Below are positions 62,140 to 64,000 of a DNA stretch of 64,000 nucleotides, in pieces; position 1 is the first letter of the stretch; each line of letters begins with the position of its first letter. The notes beneath the pieces were generated by a model. The model did no database searches, was not told the origin of the DNA, and was given only the letters and a program-made list of their open reading frames with translations. The translations under genes and the position numbers were made by a program. The stretch is from assembly GCF_004010195.1 (NCBI RefSeq), contig NC_057744.1, positions 23,755,401 to 23,819,400 of the forward strand. The letters are read 5' to 3'. The stretch comes from Chiloscyllium plagiosum (taxonomy: Eukaryota).

Positions 62140-64000
62140 TCCACTGCTTGTAGCTTGCCAATGTACAAAAGATCCATTAATCCCTATTCAATGCTTCCTG
62201 TTGACTAACCAATCATTTATCCATGTGAATATGTTACCCCTCACACGAAGTGCTCCTATCTTGTATAGTAACCTTCATGTCAAACTTGAGGAGATGCGTT
62301 TTGGAAATCCAAGAACACCACATCTACAGATTTGCCTTTATCTACATTTTGACAAAGCCATGCTTCTTCCTCAAAAGGCTCTAATGGACTAGAAAACACC
62401 TGATTTCCCTTCAGAAAATCACATTGACCTGATCTTATAATTTTCTAAGTATCCTGTTATATAGCCTCTTTAATACTAAATTCCAACAATGTTCCCGCCA
62501 CTTTCTGTCTTCATCCTTTCTCGCATAATGTGTTATATTTGTTATTTTCCATTCTTAATCCAGAATCTAAGAAGTTTGGGGAAGATTAAAACCATGGCAC
62601 CTCCTATCTCTGCTGCCATTTATGTTAATAGGAGTGGACCATTGGATTCTGGGAATATCAGCATTTGGGCTTAATGGTTTTTACAACTCGGGTGATATTC
62701 TCTTCCACCTCTGGATTTTGAAATGTCTTTGGGATGTTTTCTAAGTCTTTAAAGTGATGGCAGATACAAGTTCAATATCTCCACCATTTTGTTGCTTTCC
62801 ATTATCAATTTCCAAGACTCATTCTTTAAACGTCCATTATCACCTTTAGTTACTTGTTTCTTGTTTAAATGCTAGCAGACAGTTGTTGTGCTTATATTAG
62901 AGCTCAATTTCCCTCATATTCTACACTCCTTCTCATTATTTTGTTTAAGTGATTCTTTGCTGGCTCTTAAAATCTACACAGATTTCTTAACTACCACTAG
63001 TTTTTGCAGGTTTATCGTGTTTCTCTCAATTTTATGCCACACTTAACGTTCTTATTTAGACATTGCTAATATATACTTCTCAATGAGTCTTTCTTTCTCA
63101 ATGGAATCAATCTTGCCTTAGTTCAAACATGAACAAAAGAGCTGAATTTCAGAGGTGAGGAAAGAGTGACTGCCCTTGGCATCAAGGCCACATTCGACTA
63201 AGTATGGCATCAAGAAGCTCTTCCAAACCCATACCCAATATCACCTGGGACAGGGTAGCAGGTACGTGGGAACACCAACACCAGCAAGTCCCTGTCCAAA
63301 ACATTCAGCATCCTGACTTGGAAACAGATCGTTGTTCCTTCAAAGTCATGGCATCAAAACCATGGAAATCTCTCCACCGACCTACAGCACATGGACTGCA
63401 GCAGTTTGAGAAGGAAGCTCATAACCAGCTTTTCAAGGGCAGCTAGGGATGGACTATAATGCCATCCCAGCCAGTGACAAGCACATCCCACATTTGAATA
63501 AAAAAAACTGAAGATGTTCGCACATGACTACACAACGTTCAACACCATTTGTGACTCCTCAAATACTGAAGCAGCCTATCTCCAAATATAGCAAGATCTC
63601 TACAATATCCAGGCCTGGGCTGAAAAGTGGCAAAAAACATTCATACCACACAAATGCCAGGCAAAGAACATCTCCAACAAGAGACAATTTAACCATTGCC
63701 CATTGCCATTCAATGCTATCACCAGTGCTGAATCCCTTTCTAACATCCTTGGGGGTTATCATTGACCAAAAACTGAACTGGACTAGTCATACAAGTACAA
63801 TGGTTACAGAATTAGGTCAGAGGCGAGGAATCTTGCAGCGAATAACACACATCCTGATTCTTGAAAGTCTGTGCACTATCAACAAGGCACAACTGATTGA
63901 ACACTTCTCACTTGCCTCAGTGTGTGCAGTTCAACAAAATTCAAAAAGCTGGACACCACCAAGACAAAGCAACCCACTTGATTGGCAACACATCCACAAA
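62140..64000. mobile_element. Degenerate CR1 (-) and L2/CR1-group (+) fragments
   Basis: ALGIKATFD*VWH, KMFAHDY.. and QAWAEKWQKTF remnants. Confidence 0.6.

Overview
Eukaryotic genomic DNA, very likely from a cartilaginous fish (shark): HE1-type SINEs, a Deu-domain SINE, abundant CR1 LINEs and Penelope-derived repeats. Most of the window is transposable-element debris, and there is one 496-N assembly gap (20539-21034). The real content is a small cluster of immunoglobulin-superfamily receptor genes. (B) An apparently intact + strand gene of 7 hand-assembled GT-AG exons (37940-55655, about 420 aa): leader, a germline-joined V domain with YPP and GxGT (J-like) motifs, a classical C1-set domain, a C2/I-set domain, a TM segment with an Arg, and a short tail with no ITIM/ITAM. 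(A) A divergently oriented - strand paralog (leader 8357-8309, V exon 7730-7393, about 42% identical V domain by hand alignment) with a likely 7-nt frameshifting deletion and loss of the core Trp. Between them lies a decayed C1 pseudo-exon (18628-18921) that the ORF track misses. Secondary signals include several intact minimal hammerhead-ribozyme cores in palindromic Penelope-derived inserts with 11-17 bp target-site duplications, a near full-length CR1, tandem tRNA-derived arrays and a tRNA-Leu pseudogene. All alignments and splice models were done by eye; no database searches were run.
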